A stretch of DNA of 64,000 nt. Source: Aplysia californica (taxonomy: Eukaryota). The translations under genes and the position numbers were made by a program. Below the pieces are notes generated by a model that saw nothing but the letters and a program-made list of their open reading frames with translations, searched no databases and was not told where the DNA came from. The DNA lies in the NCBI RefSeq assembly GCF_000002075.1, contig NW_004797827.1:352964-416963 (forward strand), written 5' to 3'. Shown in pieces: positions 12,801 through 24,588 of this stretch (its first letter is position 1; each line of letters starts with the position of its first letter).

Positions 12801-15800
12801 TATGGGAAAGAAGGAGCAAACCACACCAGAGGACCCGCCAACCACCCATGCCTGTTGTACAATTGTCAGTGAATTTGGTGAACGCACAGGAAGAGAATTC
12901 TCCGTCTTCCTTTCCAAATACTTTCTTATTTAAGTAACCAATGAAGAATAACTGCCGCAACAAAAGTAAACAAACAATTTCCAGTTACAATTCCATTACA
13001 ATTTCCAGCTCAACTCTCCACCAACAAAGATCTTACTTCCAGCTCAACTCTCCACCAACAAAGATCTTACTTCTAGCTCAACTCTCCACCAACAAAGATC
13101 TTACTTCTAGCTCAACTCTCCACCAACAAAGACCTTACTTCTAGCTCAACTCTCCACCAACAAAGATCTTACTTCTGACTGCTGTGGCTCTCTGTACGTG
13201 TAGTACGTCCTCCGGGCGTGGTGGTGATGCTGACGCCTGTGTACATTGCCTGGCAGAACAGAAATTTTATACTGTTAACACATTACACCCTAAGGGCCTG
13301 GACGGGAAGTCCATCGTTAGATCCTAAGCAAGGGGAAAGAACCCACCTCCCGTGAATACAAGCCTTTAAAAAACACATTTTAAAAATACTAAACAAATTC
13401 CAAAAATCCTGAAAAAATAAAAGTTCAAAGGAAAACTGAATGTAGTTTCAGAAAAATATAACTTTATATATGCGCAAACTGTTGGAAATGTTGTAACTTT
13501 AGTTCAATCGGTGTGTCCGACTCGTCACTCTCACTCTCAGCCTCGCGGTCGGGCCCTAGATCTAAATTCTATAATTTCTCCGTCTGATCAATCGGAATCG
13601 CCCCTAACTCTTCCTACAACGTTTTCATCAAAATCTGAGCCATCTGATTTGTCACATGCTCGTTTTTGCTCAAATCCATCGTTATTTCCGTTTTCGAACT
13701 CAATTGTGTCGCTTATCAACAAGTCGAGGCACTTTCGAAGTGTCGGTAACGCCATCGCACTTCGATCAGCTCTAATATTAAAACTACTGGCCCGAAAAAT
13801 TTCGTTTCGGTATCAACGAAAGAAGAAACTTTTTGCTATACTATGCAAATCAAAATCCCGGCCCCAGAGTCTCGTCAAGGCGAGACTTTCGTTTCTAAAG
13901 ACGCTGGGTCGGCGCAGGTGGTTCCGGGCGAGTCAGGGTGGAGCGCGCAAGGGAATTCGCGGGCGATCTCGGGCGAGTTAGGGTGTAATGTGTTAAGTAT
14001 GCATTTTGTCGCTTTTAAGGATAAGCGGGCTAACCCGGATTTCGGGGGCTTCCAGAAATCTTGATCAACACCAATAGTGGACATTGCCCTACCTATAGGA
14101 AAAGTGTTAATTCATTGGTGTGTACATTTGTTTGGTTTATAGAGAAAACTCTCCTTGTCTTTTAAAGAAACTGAACATGGGGCAACACCTTTACCTTCGA
14201 TTTTCTCAAAACAGCATTTTTCGGGATAGCCCCCCTTGTGCTTAAAAGCGACCATATATCATCAACAAGCTGTTAAGAAGCCCAGAGAGCAAATTTTAAT
14301 CAAAATTTTGCTCACTCATAATATAAAATTTTTTCCCCCACTCTCCATTTTGAATTTCTGATCTGAGGTTTCTTATTCTTCCTTGTCCTCGATGACAGCA
14401 GCTAAACAGTCAGTCCGATGTCGCGCACAAACTGTGCAGTCCGCTTCAAATCTAAGAGACCGCCATCGAGCTTTCTCTCAAGAGGAGTCACATTCTGCCA
14501 CGTCTGTGTACGAAGGGTGGCATAGAGCGGGCAGTGCCAAAGGATATGGTTGGCATCCTCTTGGTCGTGTCCACATTCGCAGACCGCGGACTCTCCCACT
14601 TTTAATTTAATGTGCATATGGTGTTTGAGTCTGTTGTGGCCACAACGGCGTCAAAAGATTGTGACCTGGTCTGCTCTATTTAGCATGTAGTAGGGGTCAG
14701 TCTGTTGTGATTAGGGTGGGATTGTTTTTCAATATCAGACGTTATGATCCAAATGTACAATCTATGTGGAATGTATGTAAATAACTGAAACTTTTTCAAT
14801 ATTTTCCAATTCTATATTCATTCCTGGTTATTTTAATACATCATTTGACTAGGTGCAAAAATATTTTTTAAATTTTCACCAAAGATGATTAATCTGTAAT
14901 TTTCAAATTTCATCCCCATTCAAGCAAAATTGTGCTGCATAATAGCCTCTTACAGGAACCAAAGTTGAAAAATATACAAATAAATAAAATAGATGTATTC
15001 TACAAATCATACTGAAAACTTCAGTGTATAATATGTTGATATTTATACTAATCTGTGGCCCCAAAGCCCTATGAACTGCGCACTAGACATCACCTCATTT
15101 CGACCTCCCGAAAAAAATTAGTCCACAAGCGCCCAAAATAATGCGTAGCGAATGAGGTTTTTTTAAAAACTAACTCACCTGAGGGAAAGCCTCCACCAAA
15201 GAACATATTGAACAGTTCCTCTGGTGAGATGTCACCTGCAGAAGAAAGGACAAAACCAAGACACAGTCAAGTCCTGATCAAAATAAAATACCAGACAGCC
15301 AGTCACTTAAACCTTTCCAACGTGAAGGGAAAAATAGTTTTCTGCAAAGAACCGACCATTACAAAAAACAAACAAACGTGGGAACGTGTTAACAGTCCGT
15401 CAAATTGTGTCTCCTCAGTCATTGGATATAGGCAATACACAGTGTGTGTGTGAGTGTGTGTGTGAGTGTGTGAGTGCGTGTGTATGTGCGCGTGTGTATG
15501 CGTGCGCGCAGGTGCATGTGTACGTGTGTGTAAACCAAATTTCCCCACATGGATCAATTGAAGTGGAAGTAACATAGATTGTAAAGCACATAGAGGTTGC
15601 TGTTGAGAATGAATTTGGGATATACAAATTATTATTATCATTATTATCACGCTAAAATACTAATTTTAATCTGAAGCCAGAGTTATGGTCTCGTCAGTCT
15701 CAATACTACCCTGTAGACTTTGCATTGACCAAAATGACTCACAAACGGTCAGGAAGGTTACACAGTTCTTCAGTACTTAGGTACGGTCAAATCTGCTTTA

Positions 15801-18800
15801 ACTCTATCTCCATGGGGGGTAAGGTAAACCCACTATGCCGGTGCGTTTTTAGTACAAAATCTAAAATTGACATATATTTAGTTAGTTTTAGTAGAGGTTT
15901 TACGACGCTCGCAACTGCATAAGGTCATATGAGCGCCAGAAGATTAGAGGTGTTACAAGAGACTAACGAACATAAAAAAGAAGAAGGGGAGATAAGGACG
16001 TTAGATGCTTGATAGGAAAGAAGAAGCAAACCACACCAGAGCACCCGCCAACCGCCCACATTGACATATATATGTCACTAAACTGGTCATTAAATATAAA
16101 AACCTGAACCCATTTCGATAGTTCTTCATCTACTGAAAAATAGAAAAATAATTTGACGGCGAAGTCGTCGTAAAGGAATGCGCCCAAGCCGCTGACGGCT
16201 TACCGGCACGGCGGTTCCAAATACGAGCCGCTGGGAGCAGCTTGCCGGAGATAAAGAGTTAACGACCACCTGTCCTAGACAACCATCTGTACAAACAACC
16301 ACCTCCCATTAGCCTCCCTTGCATTTTCAAAATATACCGATATTGTCCAAGACATCCACCTATCTAAGACACAACCATTTTCCTCCTGTCTGAATAATGG
16401 GTAGCACGTCTGGGACAATTTCGACTGCACCCACCGTCAAAACCATGGGAGAAGTCGCCGTGGTCGTGGGAGGGTCTGCTCGGTTGCATCTCAGGACCGT
16501 AGAGGTCATACTGCCGCCTCTTCTCCTTGTCGCTGAGTATACTGTACGCCTTGCCAATGGCTGGTGAACACAATAATGCCAAATACTATAATTGTGTAGA
16601 TACACATCACGTGGAAAAAGACTGATGAAAGACTTCATTTGTGTATACATGGAAAAAGACTGAAAGACTTCATTTGTGTATTATTCCTTTCATATGCAGT
16701 TTGGATTTTAAACATGTGATTCATCTTCAATATTTTACATATTTTCTCATTCTTGGTAGCATAAAAATCTCCAGGGGTTCAATGCATGCCAACAGCTCCA
16801 AAAAAAAAAGTGAACTGAAACAAATATCTACTTTGTAACGGTCTAATGGAAGGAATTCGGGAAAATATTTGAGAGTATTTAGAATATACCCTAAATTCAC
16901 ATCTTATGTCTTCAATTCCAAAATACTTAATCTGGACTATATTTCAAAATACTACACCGTATGCCCTCCTTTGCAAATTATTATCAAAATTACGTAGAAG
17001 TATAAAGAGGGGTAACAAAACAGACTAATACTTGTACCAACCTTTGAAAGCTTCGGTAGCACCTGGAGCTTTATTCTTGTCAGGGTGCATCTGTAAGGCC
17101 AGTTTGCGATACGCCTTTTTCAACTCAGAGTCCGAGAACTCCTTGGAAAGCTCCAGAACTTCGTAGACATCCTTGCATTCATTGATTCTGAGAGAGAGAA
17201 CAGGCATATATATGTTAAAAGAAAGTTGATATGGAAGCAAATGTATTATGATGTGTGAAAAGAGGATCAAAGATGGTAGTTGCGCAAAGCAAAAAACTCA
17301 AACCATAGAAAAGAATAAGAGCAAAATACTACGTTGTTTACTTTTTTAGGAAGAGTTTTACGGCACCTGCAACACAATAAGGTCATATAAGGGTCGAAGA
17401 TAAGAGGTGTTACAAGTGAGTAACAAACACAAAATGAAGGTGATAAGGACGATAAACAGATGTCTGATAAAAAGAAAGACGGAGCAAACCACACCAGAGC
17501 ACCGCCAACCACTCAAATACTATGCTGTTGTGTACAAGAGAGTAATTAACACAAAAGAGGAGGAGATAAAGATGACAGATATTTGACAGAAGAGAAGGAG
17601 CAAACCACACCAGAGTACCCACCAACCACCCACTTAGCCTCTTAAAGATGGAAAAAGTGTGCACTAGCGACAAAAAGGTTGACAAGAGGTGATCTAAATC
17701 TTTTTAAAAGACACTGGCTATAACAGTCAGTAAGTGAAGATACTGGATTAAAGTAAAACAAGAACTGGTGAAGGATGATACAAGATAATAGTTGTTCTCC
17801 ATTATATAACCAAAAAAAGATTTTTTTTTAAAGAATCAAGTGGAAGAGAAGCCCACAGACATCATAACAACTGACTGCTGACAAAAGAAGGCTAGTTAGT
17901 TTTAGTAAGAGTTTTACGGCACTTGCAACACAATAAGGTCATATAAGTGCCGAAGATTAGAGGTGTTACAAGAGAGTAGAGTAACAAATACAAAAAAGAA
18001 GGAGAGATAACGACGATAGACGTTTGATAGGAAAGAAGTACAAGCAAACCACATCACAGCACCCGCCAACCACCCACAAGAAGGCTAGGCAGATGGACAA
18101 AAAAATAAAGGAGAGTAAAGACATTGTGTCATATATTATACCACCATTCAACCACTTGCAATTAAATATTAATTATACGCATTAATATATTTCAGAATAA
18201 ATCGAAAGTTAAAAGTGCTTGAAAAACAATTGCACAAAAGAATACAGATTATTTTACAAAGAAAAAGAAATGCAGCCAGCAAATAAAATCAGAAGTCTTT
18301 TTTACCACATTCATCCTTCCTTTCACCAAACCATTGGAAATACCAAACGTCTGCAAAAATTTATCAAAATGTTTTTTATCCGTATATAACTCACAATACT
18401 GAGAAACATGTTCCAAGTCTTCTATGTTTCAATACAATTTTAAGGCAAAGCAGAAAGGAAGTGGCACACATAAACACTAAAATTAAGAGACAATTTTCCA
18501 AGAGGGAGCACTGTGTATACCTTTTTACAGATGCCAGCTGATCAGCTGTATAATCCGCATGTTTGTTTTCCTTGTCAGCCTCGTCACCGCCTTTACTGTG
18601 GCTATGCTTTCTGTGCCTTGGCTGGGAAGATTCCGATTCTTTCTCCCTTTGAGCCTCTCCATTAGAAGAAAGTTTATCTAATGAATCAAGCAAATCTGAA
18701 AATAAAATAAGATGAATATAAATAATCATGCACTCACAATTGTCTATAATATTTTATATAATTAATTAAAAAAGAAAAAACAATAACAATGGAGAGGGAG

Positions 18801-21800
18801 ACACATACCCTAGATGCTGAGTATCGAGTTGCAAACTGAAGGTCATCTTTTATGTGCGACACAAGACACCTAAAAATAGGCACACACAGTAGCGTCTCCT
18901 GCTGCCGTGAACAATGTGTCAATGAATTTTGTTTGTAAACACTGTTAGATATAAAGTTTATTGGGTGGGTAAATAAAAGCTTTCACTTTCTTTCAAAGTC
19001 CACAAAAGTATTTAATTTAAGAGCAGTAAGCCCAATAGCGTTGCGAAAAATCAAATTTCTAAGAAAAAGATGTATTTCTATCTTTACCGGAAATCCAAAA
19101 GACCAAACTTCTGCCTTTCAATTCCATGATTGAATGCAAACTGACTTGACCTTTCACTTTCACCCACATATTTTGCTGTCTTGCCCATGACAAAATACTA
19201 AGGGAGGGGAACACAGTTTCATAGCAATGATGATTATTCATTTTGTGCCACTAGTTGTGGAAGCAGTAGTGCTAGTAGAACAACATTGGCACTGACAAAA
19301 ATGACAATTCACAATAATAACAGATTAGGGACAAATATGCTGTGGGTCGTTTTCAGAACTTTAAAAAAACAAAAAACAAAGGAGCCTAATTTGATAATTC
19401 AAAAAAAAAAAAAACGTAACACTTGAGATTTTCCTAGACATTCCAGTCCTAATGGTTGGCACCAAGGACAGGACACAACCCTGCCTGGGATTAACTCTGG
19501 CCCTGTGGATAAGCATTGGGTGCCAAGTTCCATTTTAGTAAGGTATAGTTCAGTTAAGTTTTAGTAAGGTTTCATGGCCCTCGCAGTTGTGGATGCCGCT
19601 GAAGGAAATGCTGATTTGGGGACATTTTGCCCACCGACAGCAACGACTCAACTTCCAGACCATCACAGAGCCTCCTAGACAATATCTCGCGATGAGTGCG
19701 AAAGGGCCTTTGATGTAGCAATTTCCGTCAGTGAGGATGTCTGCATGATCGGGCTCCAACCTGGTTTTGGAGACACCACCTCCGACATGATTATAATGAT
19801 GAAACAGGTTGTTCCTCCAGAAGACAGCACTCATGTACAATTGCGGTCATGTTTAAAGATACTGGTTTTGACCCTACCAACGATTACTTCTGGTTCTAAA
19901 CGATTACTTTTTGATGCGCGTGCCGATAGGCCTCTATGGAGAGATAGCCAAACAAACTAATTGTAAAATATGTAGCCCGATAATATATTTAGATCTAGAT
20001 CTAGCTGCTTCTCTGTAGGCTAAGCATTTTCCTGTGAACGGTCAATGAGATGAGAGGGGTCTTTCTGGGAGTGTATCTGGTGCTTTTTCGGTAGTTCCCA
20101 CCCCCCTTATTTGAGCCTAGATCTACATCTAATCTAGATCTATATGTTTCATGCGCGGCCAGCTAAGATATCAAACCTAACAACTGCAAAACATCAAATT
20201 CCTGAAACCACCTTATTTTTATCTGTCTCCGTGGTTTTATGCATGGAAATGGCTATTCTCATCCGGGGTGAGAATAGAAAAACGATCTACCTCTCACCCC
20301 GGGTGAGACTTGCCAGCGTAGGCTATTCTCACCCGGTGCGAAACAAGACCTGCTTTTCCTCATTTTGGAATACTGTCTATCGGTTTGGATGATCAAATTG
20401 ATAAAAGCCAAGAAAAAATTACGTTATAGCACAAACGCTGTGTCTACGTACACGGTAACCGTGTACATAGCCTCGGGGTCTACGTACACGGTAACCGTGT
20501 ACGTAGCCTCGGGGTCTACGTACAAGGTAACCGGGCCTGTAGCCTCAGGGTCTACGTACACGGTAACCGGAAGGTTCAAGAGATAGTTCACTCAGCCACT
20601 ATCTCTCTCTCTCTCTCTCTCTCTTCTCTCACTCTCTGTCTCAATCTCTCTCTCTATCTCTTTTATTTCCCCTCCCCCCCCTCTCTCTCTCTCTCTTCTC
20701 TCACTCTCTGTCTCAATCTCTTTCTCTCTGTCTCAATCTCTCTCTGTCTCAATCTCTCTCTCTCTCTCTTCTATCACTCTCTCTCNNNNNNNNNNNNNNN
20801 NNNNNNNNNNNNNNNNNNNNNNNNNNNNNNNNNNNNNNNNNNNNNNNNNNNNNNNNNNNNNNNNNNNNNNNNNNNNNNNNNNNNNNNNNNNNNNNNNNNN
20901 NNNNNNNNNNNNNNNNNNNNNNNNNNNNNNNNNNNNNNNNNNNNNNNNNNNNNNNNNNNNNNNTTCCCATCTCTCACTCTATCTCTTTTACTCCCCCCCC
21001 TCTCTCTCTATTCTCTCAATCTGTCTCAATCTGTCNNNNNNNNNNNNNNNNNNNNNNNNNNNNNNNNNNNNNNNNNNNNNNNNNNNNNNNNNNNNNNNNN
21101 NNNNNNNNNNNNNNNNNNNNNNNNNNNNNNNNNNNNNNNNNNNNNNNNNNNNNNNNNNNNNNNNNNNNNNNNNNNNNNNNNNNNNNNNNNNNNNNNNNNN
21201 NNNNNNNNNNNNNNNNNNNNNNNNNNNNNNNNNNNNNNNNNNNNNNNNNNNNNNNNNNNNNNNNNNNNNNNNNNNNNNNNNNNNNNNNNNNNNNNNNNNN
21301 NNNNNNNNNNNNNNNNNNNNNNNNNNNNNNNNNNNNNNNNNNNNNNNNNNNNNNNNNNNNNNNNNNNNNNNNNNNNNNNNNNNNNNNNNNNNNNNNNNNN
21401 NNNNNNNNNNNNNNNNNNNNNNNNNNNNNNNNNNNNNNNNNNNNNNNNNNNNNTGTAAGTGTGGTGTGTGTAAAGATAGTATTAGTGGGTGGTTGGTGGG
21501 TACTCTTGTGTGGTCTGCTCCTTCTTTCCTATTCAACATCTGTCATCCTTATCTTTCTTTTCCTTCTTTTTGTGTTTGTTACTCTCTTGTAACACTAACA
21601 CCTCTAATCTTCGGCACTTATATGAACTTATTGTGTTGCAAGTTCTAACTCTTACGAAAACAAAAGATAGCTTTTGGTATGAACATGGCGCTTTGGCGGC
21701 AAGCGTAAGTGTATGCCTGGTACCGAAGCTCGATCTAATTTCGCTTTCGTTACCATCCAGATAAATCATTGTCCTGTGCTTTCACTTGCTGAAAAAAAAA

Positions 21801-24588
21801 AGAAAGTTACACAAGCGTGTTGTCGGGCTCGACATCGTGACCGGTCAATGAACCTGTACCTTCGCATCACATTGTGAGTAGCAGTGATCGCATGGGGTCA
21901 CCAAAGTTCATTCAAAGTGTGCGCTGCGCGAAGTATAGGGTTCCGGAATGGGGGGAGATTATTGATTTTTTTAAAAGGTACAGTCGGGGGGGTGGGCTGA
22001 TCAAGTGCATACTTTTTAAAAAATCTCTCTCCCCCCCCCCCCCCCCCCCCGTCTCGCGTGTTTTCTGAAACCCGGTCCCCCGGGAAAAGAATAAAAGGAT
22101 TGTGAACATCTATATTTTAGCTTTCTGTTCCAGATTCGCAGATTTTGAATTTTGCCCCCCCCAAAGAAAAATAAAGGGGGGGGGGGTGGGGGGGGGGGGG
22201 CCCCGGGGGGGGGTTGGTCCTTTTCTTCTCATAAAAAATCTATGGGCCCCTAAACCCACCCCCTCTCTTTTTATAGGGTGTTAACCCCCCTGAAAAAACC
22301 TCCAAATTCTCTGGGGGGTTCTAATGACCTTATGCAGTTGCGAGTGCCGTAAAACCTTTCTGCTAAAACTAAACTAAACTAGGAAAGATGACGGGGAGTA
22401 GATTGGGATAATTTTCGTGGTTTTGGGACATAAAAAGCGGAGTGAAACAGGAAAAGGGTCAAGGTCACGAAGGGAGCGAAGCAGTTACCGTGCACCTAGC
22501 TCAAGCGCCCGCCCACAAAACAAAATGCCCGGTTACCGTGTACGTAGACACTGAGGCTATGCGCCCGGTTGCTGGTTACCGTGTACGTATTGAGGCTACA
22601 CGCCCGGTTACCGTGCGTGTGACATTGAGACTACACACCCGGTTACCGTGTACGTAGACCCCGAGGCTACGTATGCGCCCGGTTGCCGGTTACCATGTAC
22701 GTAGACACTGAGGCTAGCTTACGTGCCCGGTTACCGTGTACGTAGACCAGGAGGCTATGTGCCCGGTTACCGTGTACGTAGACCCCGAGGCTACGTACAC
22801 GGTAACCGTGTACGTAAACACTCCGTAGCACAAAAGTAAGCTAATTTGATAGTCTTCAAAGATGCTATAGCTATTTCACTGTTCGAATCGAGCCGAACTA
22901 TGCGGGTCGCCATTTTGTTTTGCCTGGAAGTTCTCGCAAGATCTACTCCTCCCCTCTCTCTCTCTCTGTCTCTTTCTGAATACTGTCTATCGGAGTGGAC
23001 GATCAAATTGACCTAAACAAAGTTAAAAAATTAAGTTAAAACACAAAAGTAAATTAATTTGGTTGTCTACAAAGATGCTACGGCTATTTAACTTTCCAAA
23101 TCGAGCCGAACTACGCGGGTCGCCATTTTGTTTTGACCGGAAGTTCTCGCGCTACTCCTCTCTCTCTTCTGCCCACAGACAATTCAAATTGTAGGCCTGC
23201 GCTTTTAGTAGGCTACAATACAGTTGTAATGGAACGTTTGTTCACGGCACAGAATTTTACAATTTTTCTGTTATCACAGTGTAGAATTCTGTGGTTTAGG
23301 GTGAACGCAAAATTTGTTGGCCTAGATCTAGGCTCTAGGCTAACGGTGAACGCGCACCGGGTGAGAATAGCCAAAAGACTCACCTGCACTATTCTCACCC
23401 CGGGTGAGAATAGAGGTGGCCTTTATGCATATAATTTAGCAAAATTTGATCATTTATTGCATTTCTTATTATTTTCCTTTATCATTCTTTGTGAAAATTA
23501 ACAGGATCGCATAATTCCACATTTTTAGGCTCAGTTTGCATAATTTCAGAATTAATTTTTTTTTCATAAAACCGCGGGGACAGTTTTATTAGGTCAGGGG
23601 GGCAAGCCCCCCCTGAAACCCCCCTTCTCTTGCGGCCAAAACTCACGAATAAAAATTGCGGGGTGGGAACTACCGAAAAAGCGCCGGTAAATTTTTACTT
23701 TCACTCCCGCACACAGATGCACTGTTTCAGGGGTCAAACTGCTGTACTGTTTGCTGCAGATCACACATAAAGCCACTAAAACTGTCGCAAATCAATTATT
23801 TTCAAGACAATTTCAAATCTAACTGTAAAATATCAAATTATGGGTGTAAAAACAGGGGGGCATGCCCCCCCTGTAACCCCTCAGATTTTCTTTTACCCCA
23901 GTGGGGCAGGCCCCCCTGGAACCCCCCGATTGGTCCAAAGCATGTCTATCTCGGTTAAAAACAATCAAATATTTCAAAAACCATTAATTTGCGACGGAAA
24001 TGAAGTTGATATTCGTGTTCAGCGCATCAATATTTAGTAGAAAATAGACAACTGGTAGCTGAGTGTGAGACGGGAGGGAAAGTAAAAAAATACCAAAGCG
24101 CCGTGTATCTGCGCCCGAGTGTTTCACACCTTAGGCTTGGCTTTGGGCTCATTTGCACGTCATGTTCAGTCAGGGGGGAGTGATGTCCCTGCGTGTGAGT
24201 GGCAAACTGCGACCAAAACACAAGGGTGCCACCCATACAAAACGGTGTAGATTTCTAGATCTAGATCTAGGCTTACTCAGTTTTACCCAGTTCTACTGGT
24301 TCCTAGAGAATTTTACTTTTACAGTTTACAGTACAGTTCTCTAGATCTCTAGCCTACACAGACACAGAGAGTCAGTCAAACAACGCCGGAGCCGGAGAAT
24401 AAAATGCGAACAAATCTATTCTGACGGCAGTGTTATTTACAATGTATAGACGTACCTGTTGCTTTTTTAGATGGGTAAAGTCTTTGGGCTTTAAGTAAAA
24501 ACCTATTGGCTTTCTCTTTGTCACCAGCTGACAGAGCTCTCAGTGCAATAGAAATGCACTTTTCACTCTCATCCTTGTTGCCGTCCAT
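9739..24588 (-). CDS. DNAJB12: DnaJ homolog subfamily B member 12/14 (ER J-domain co-chaperone), spliced CDS complement(join(9739..9851,10398..10561,11827..11936,13173..13249,15179..15235,16435..16560,17042..17187,18521..18695,24456..24588)), 366 aa
   Basis: N-terminus [11 protein letters not shown]; J-domain with HPD ([25 protein letters not shown]); [17 protein letters not shown] motif; TM segment; DUF1977-like C-terminus. All introns GT-AG, phases consistent, 1101 nt total. Confidence 0.95.
10153..10872 (-). mobile_element. Family A copies on both sides of DNAJB12 exon 8 (10153-10385, 10703-10872)
   Basis: Match to family A consensus. Confidence 0.8.
10398..10561 (-). CDS. DNAJB12: DNAJB12 coding exon 8
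   Basis: [21 protein letters not shown]...[18 protein letters not shown], tgcag| and |gtaagt. Confidence 0.93.
11202..11644. mobile_element. ~450-bp MITE with TGTG..GGTG(A/G)AATCAGGCGCTCGTCAA TIR
   Basis: Copies also at 28709-29164, 43544-43955, 57510-57955, 58492-58963; fragment 47395-47440. Confidence 0.8.
11827..11936 (-). CDS. DNAJB12: DNAJB12 coding exon 7 (transmembrane segment)
   Basis: [36 protein letters not shown], ttcag| and |gtgagt. Confidence 0.93.
12056..12848 (-). mobile_element. Cluster of four family A copies in DNAJB12 intron 6
   Basis: Head-to-tail copies at about 12056-12212, 12217-12388, 12393-12565, 12671-12848. Confidence 0.85.
13003..13175. repeat. 34-bp minisatellite x5 overlapping the DNAJB12 exon 6 donor
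   Basis: agctcaactc recurs at 13007, 13041, 13075, 13109, 13143. Confidence 0.95.
13173..13249 (-). CDS. DNAJB12: DNAJB12 coding exon 6
   Basis: [26 protein letters not shown], gccag| and |gtaaga; provides the needed phase 1 to phase 0 change. Confidence 0.85.
14008..14253. mobile_element. ~245-bp MITE (copy of 8275-8520)
   Basis: Shared TIR and internal sequence. Confidence 0.75.
14370..14720 (-). mobile_element. LINE ORF2 C-terminal CCHC fragment (I/Nimb/R1-like)
   Basis: [24 protein letters not shown] zinc knuckle; similar piece on + at 58070-58300 (TVEHLLLHCPNL). Confidence 0.7.
15179..15235 (-). CDS. DNAJB12: DNAJB12 coding exon 5
   Basis: [19 protein letters not shown], tgcag| and |gtgagt. 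Confidence 0.93.
15441..15531. repeat. (TG)n-type microsatellite
   Basis: Visible in sequence. Confidence 0.9.
15879..16059 (-). mobile_element. Family A copy with TSD attgacatatat
   Basis: Consensus match and flanking direct repeat. Confidence 0.85.
16435..16560 (-). CDS. DNAJB12: DNAJB12 coding exon 4
   Basis: [22 protein letters not shown]...FSHGFD, accag| and |gtgggt. Confidence 0.92.
17042..17187 (-). CDS. DNAJB12: DNAJB12 coding exon 3 (J-domain, HPD)
   Basis: [48 protein letters not shown], donor G|gttggt. Confidence 0.95.
17345..18076 (-). mobile_element. Three family A copies in DNAJB12 intron 2
   Basis: 17345-17512, 17535-17632 (partial), 17895-18076 (TSD aagaaggctag). Confidence 0.8.
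18521..18695 (-). CDS. DNAJB12: DNAJB12 coding exon 2
   Basis: ttcag| DLLDSLDKL...[12 protein letters not shown] |gtatac. Confidence 0.9.
19600..19930 (-). mobile_element. Degenerate Tc1/mariner transposase fragment
   Basis: GGSVMVW motif typical of Tc1 DDE domains; reading frame broken. Confidence 0.55.
20602..21035. repeat. (CT)n-rich microsatellite with assembly gaps
   Basis: Visible in sequence; N runs. Confidence 0.85.
21486..21661 (+). mobile_element. Family A copy inside the foldback element
   Basis: Consensus match; aaagatag repeated near both ends. Confidence 0.8.
23594..24027. mobile_element. Dispersed repeat, probably a DNA transposon derivative (second copy about 52035-52390)
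   Basis: Shared cggtaaatttttacttt...ggtcaaactgc...gcagatcacac...cgattggtccaaag...ttcagcgcat. Confidence 0.65.
24456..24588 (-). CDS. DNAJB12: DNAJB12 coding exon 1
   Basis: ATG at 24588, [44 protein letters not shown], donor AG|gtacgt. Confidence 0.93.

Larger units (their letters stand above)
20436..22825. mobile_element. Foldback-type TIR element with 9-bp TSD, inner element
   Basis: TSD tagcacaaa at 20427-20435 and 22826-22834; TIRs built of GTCTACGTACACGGTAACC subrepeats. Confidence 0.8.
20245..23421. mobile_element. Non-autonomous TIR element with 9-bp TSD (Mutator-like), outer element
   Basis: TSD tttatgcat at 20236-20244 and 23422-23430; TIR GG-N6-CTATTCTCAYCCGGGGTGAGAATAG at both ends. 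Confidence 0.75.

Noticed and set aside
13511-13981. 156-aa ORF in DNAJB12 intron 5
   Set aside because: No recognisable motif, GTG start, sits in repeat-like intronic sequence.
20749-21539. ORFs full of X residues (also 48493-48889, 60091-60780, 63104-63450)
   Set aside because: Artefacts of N gaps and microsatellites.
21995-22330. Long G/C homopolymers, apparent G-quadruplex cluster
   Set aside because: Looks like low-quality sequence: a corrupted family A copy with homopolymer-inflated bases near assembly gaps.
22505-22820. Palindromic repeat array resembling a CRISPR array
   Set aside because: No unique spacers or cas genes, eukaryotic context; these are foldback TIR subrepeats.
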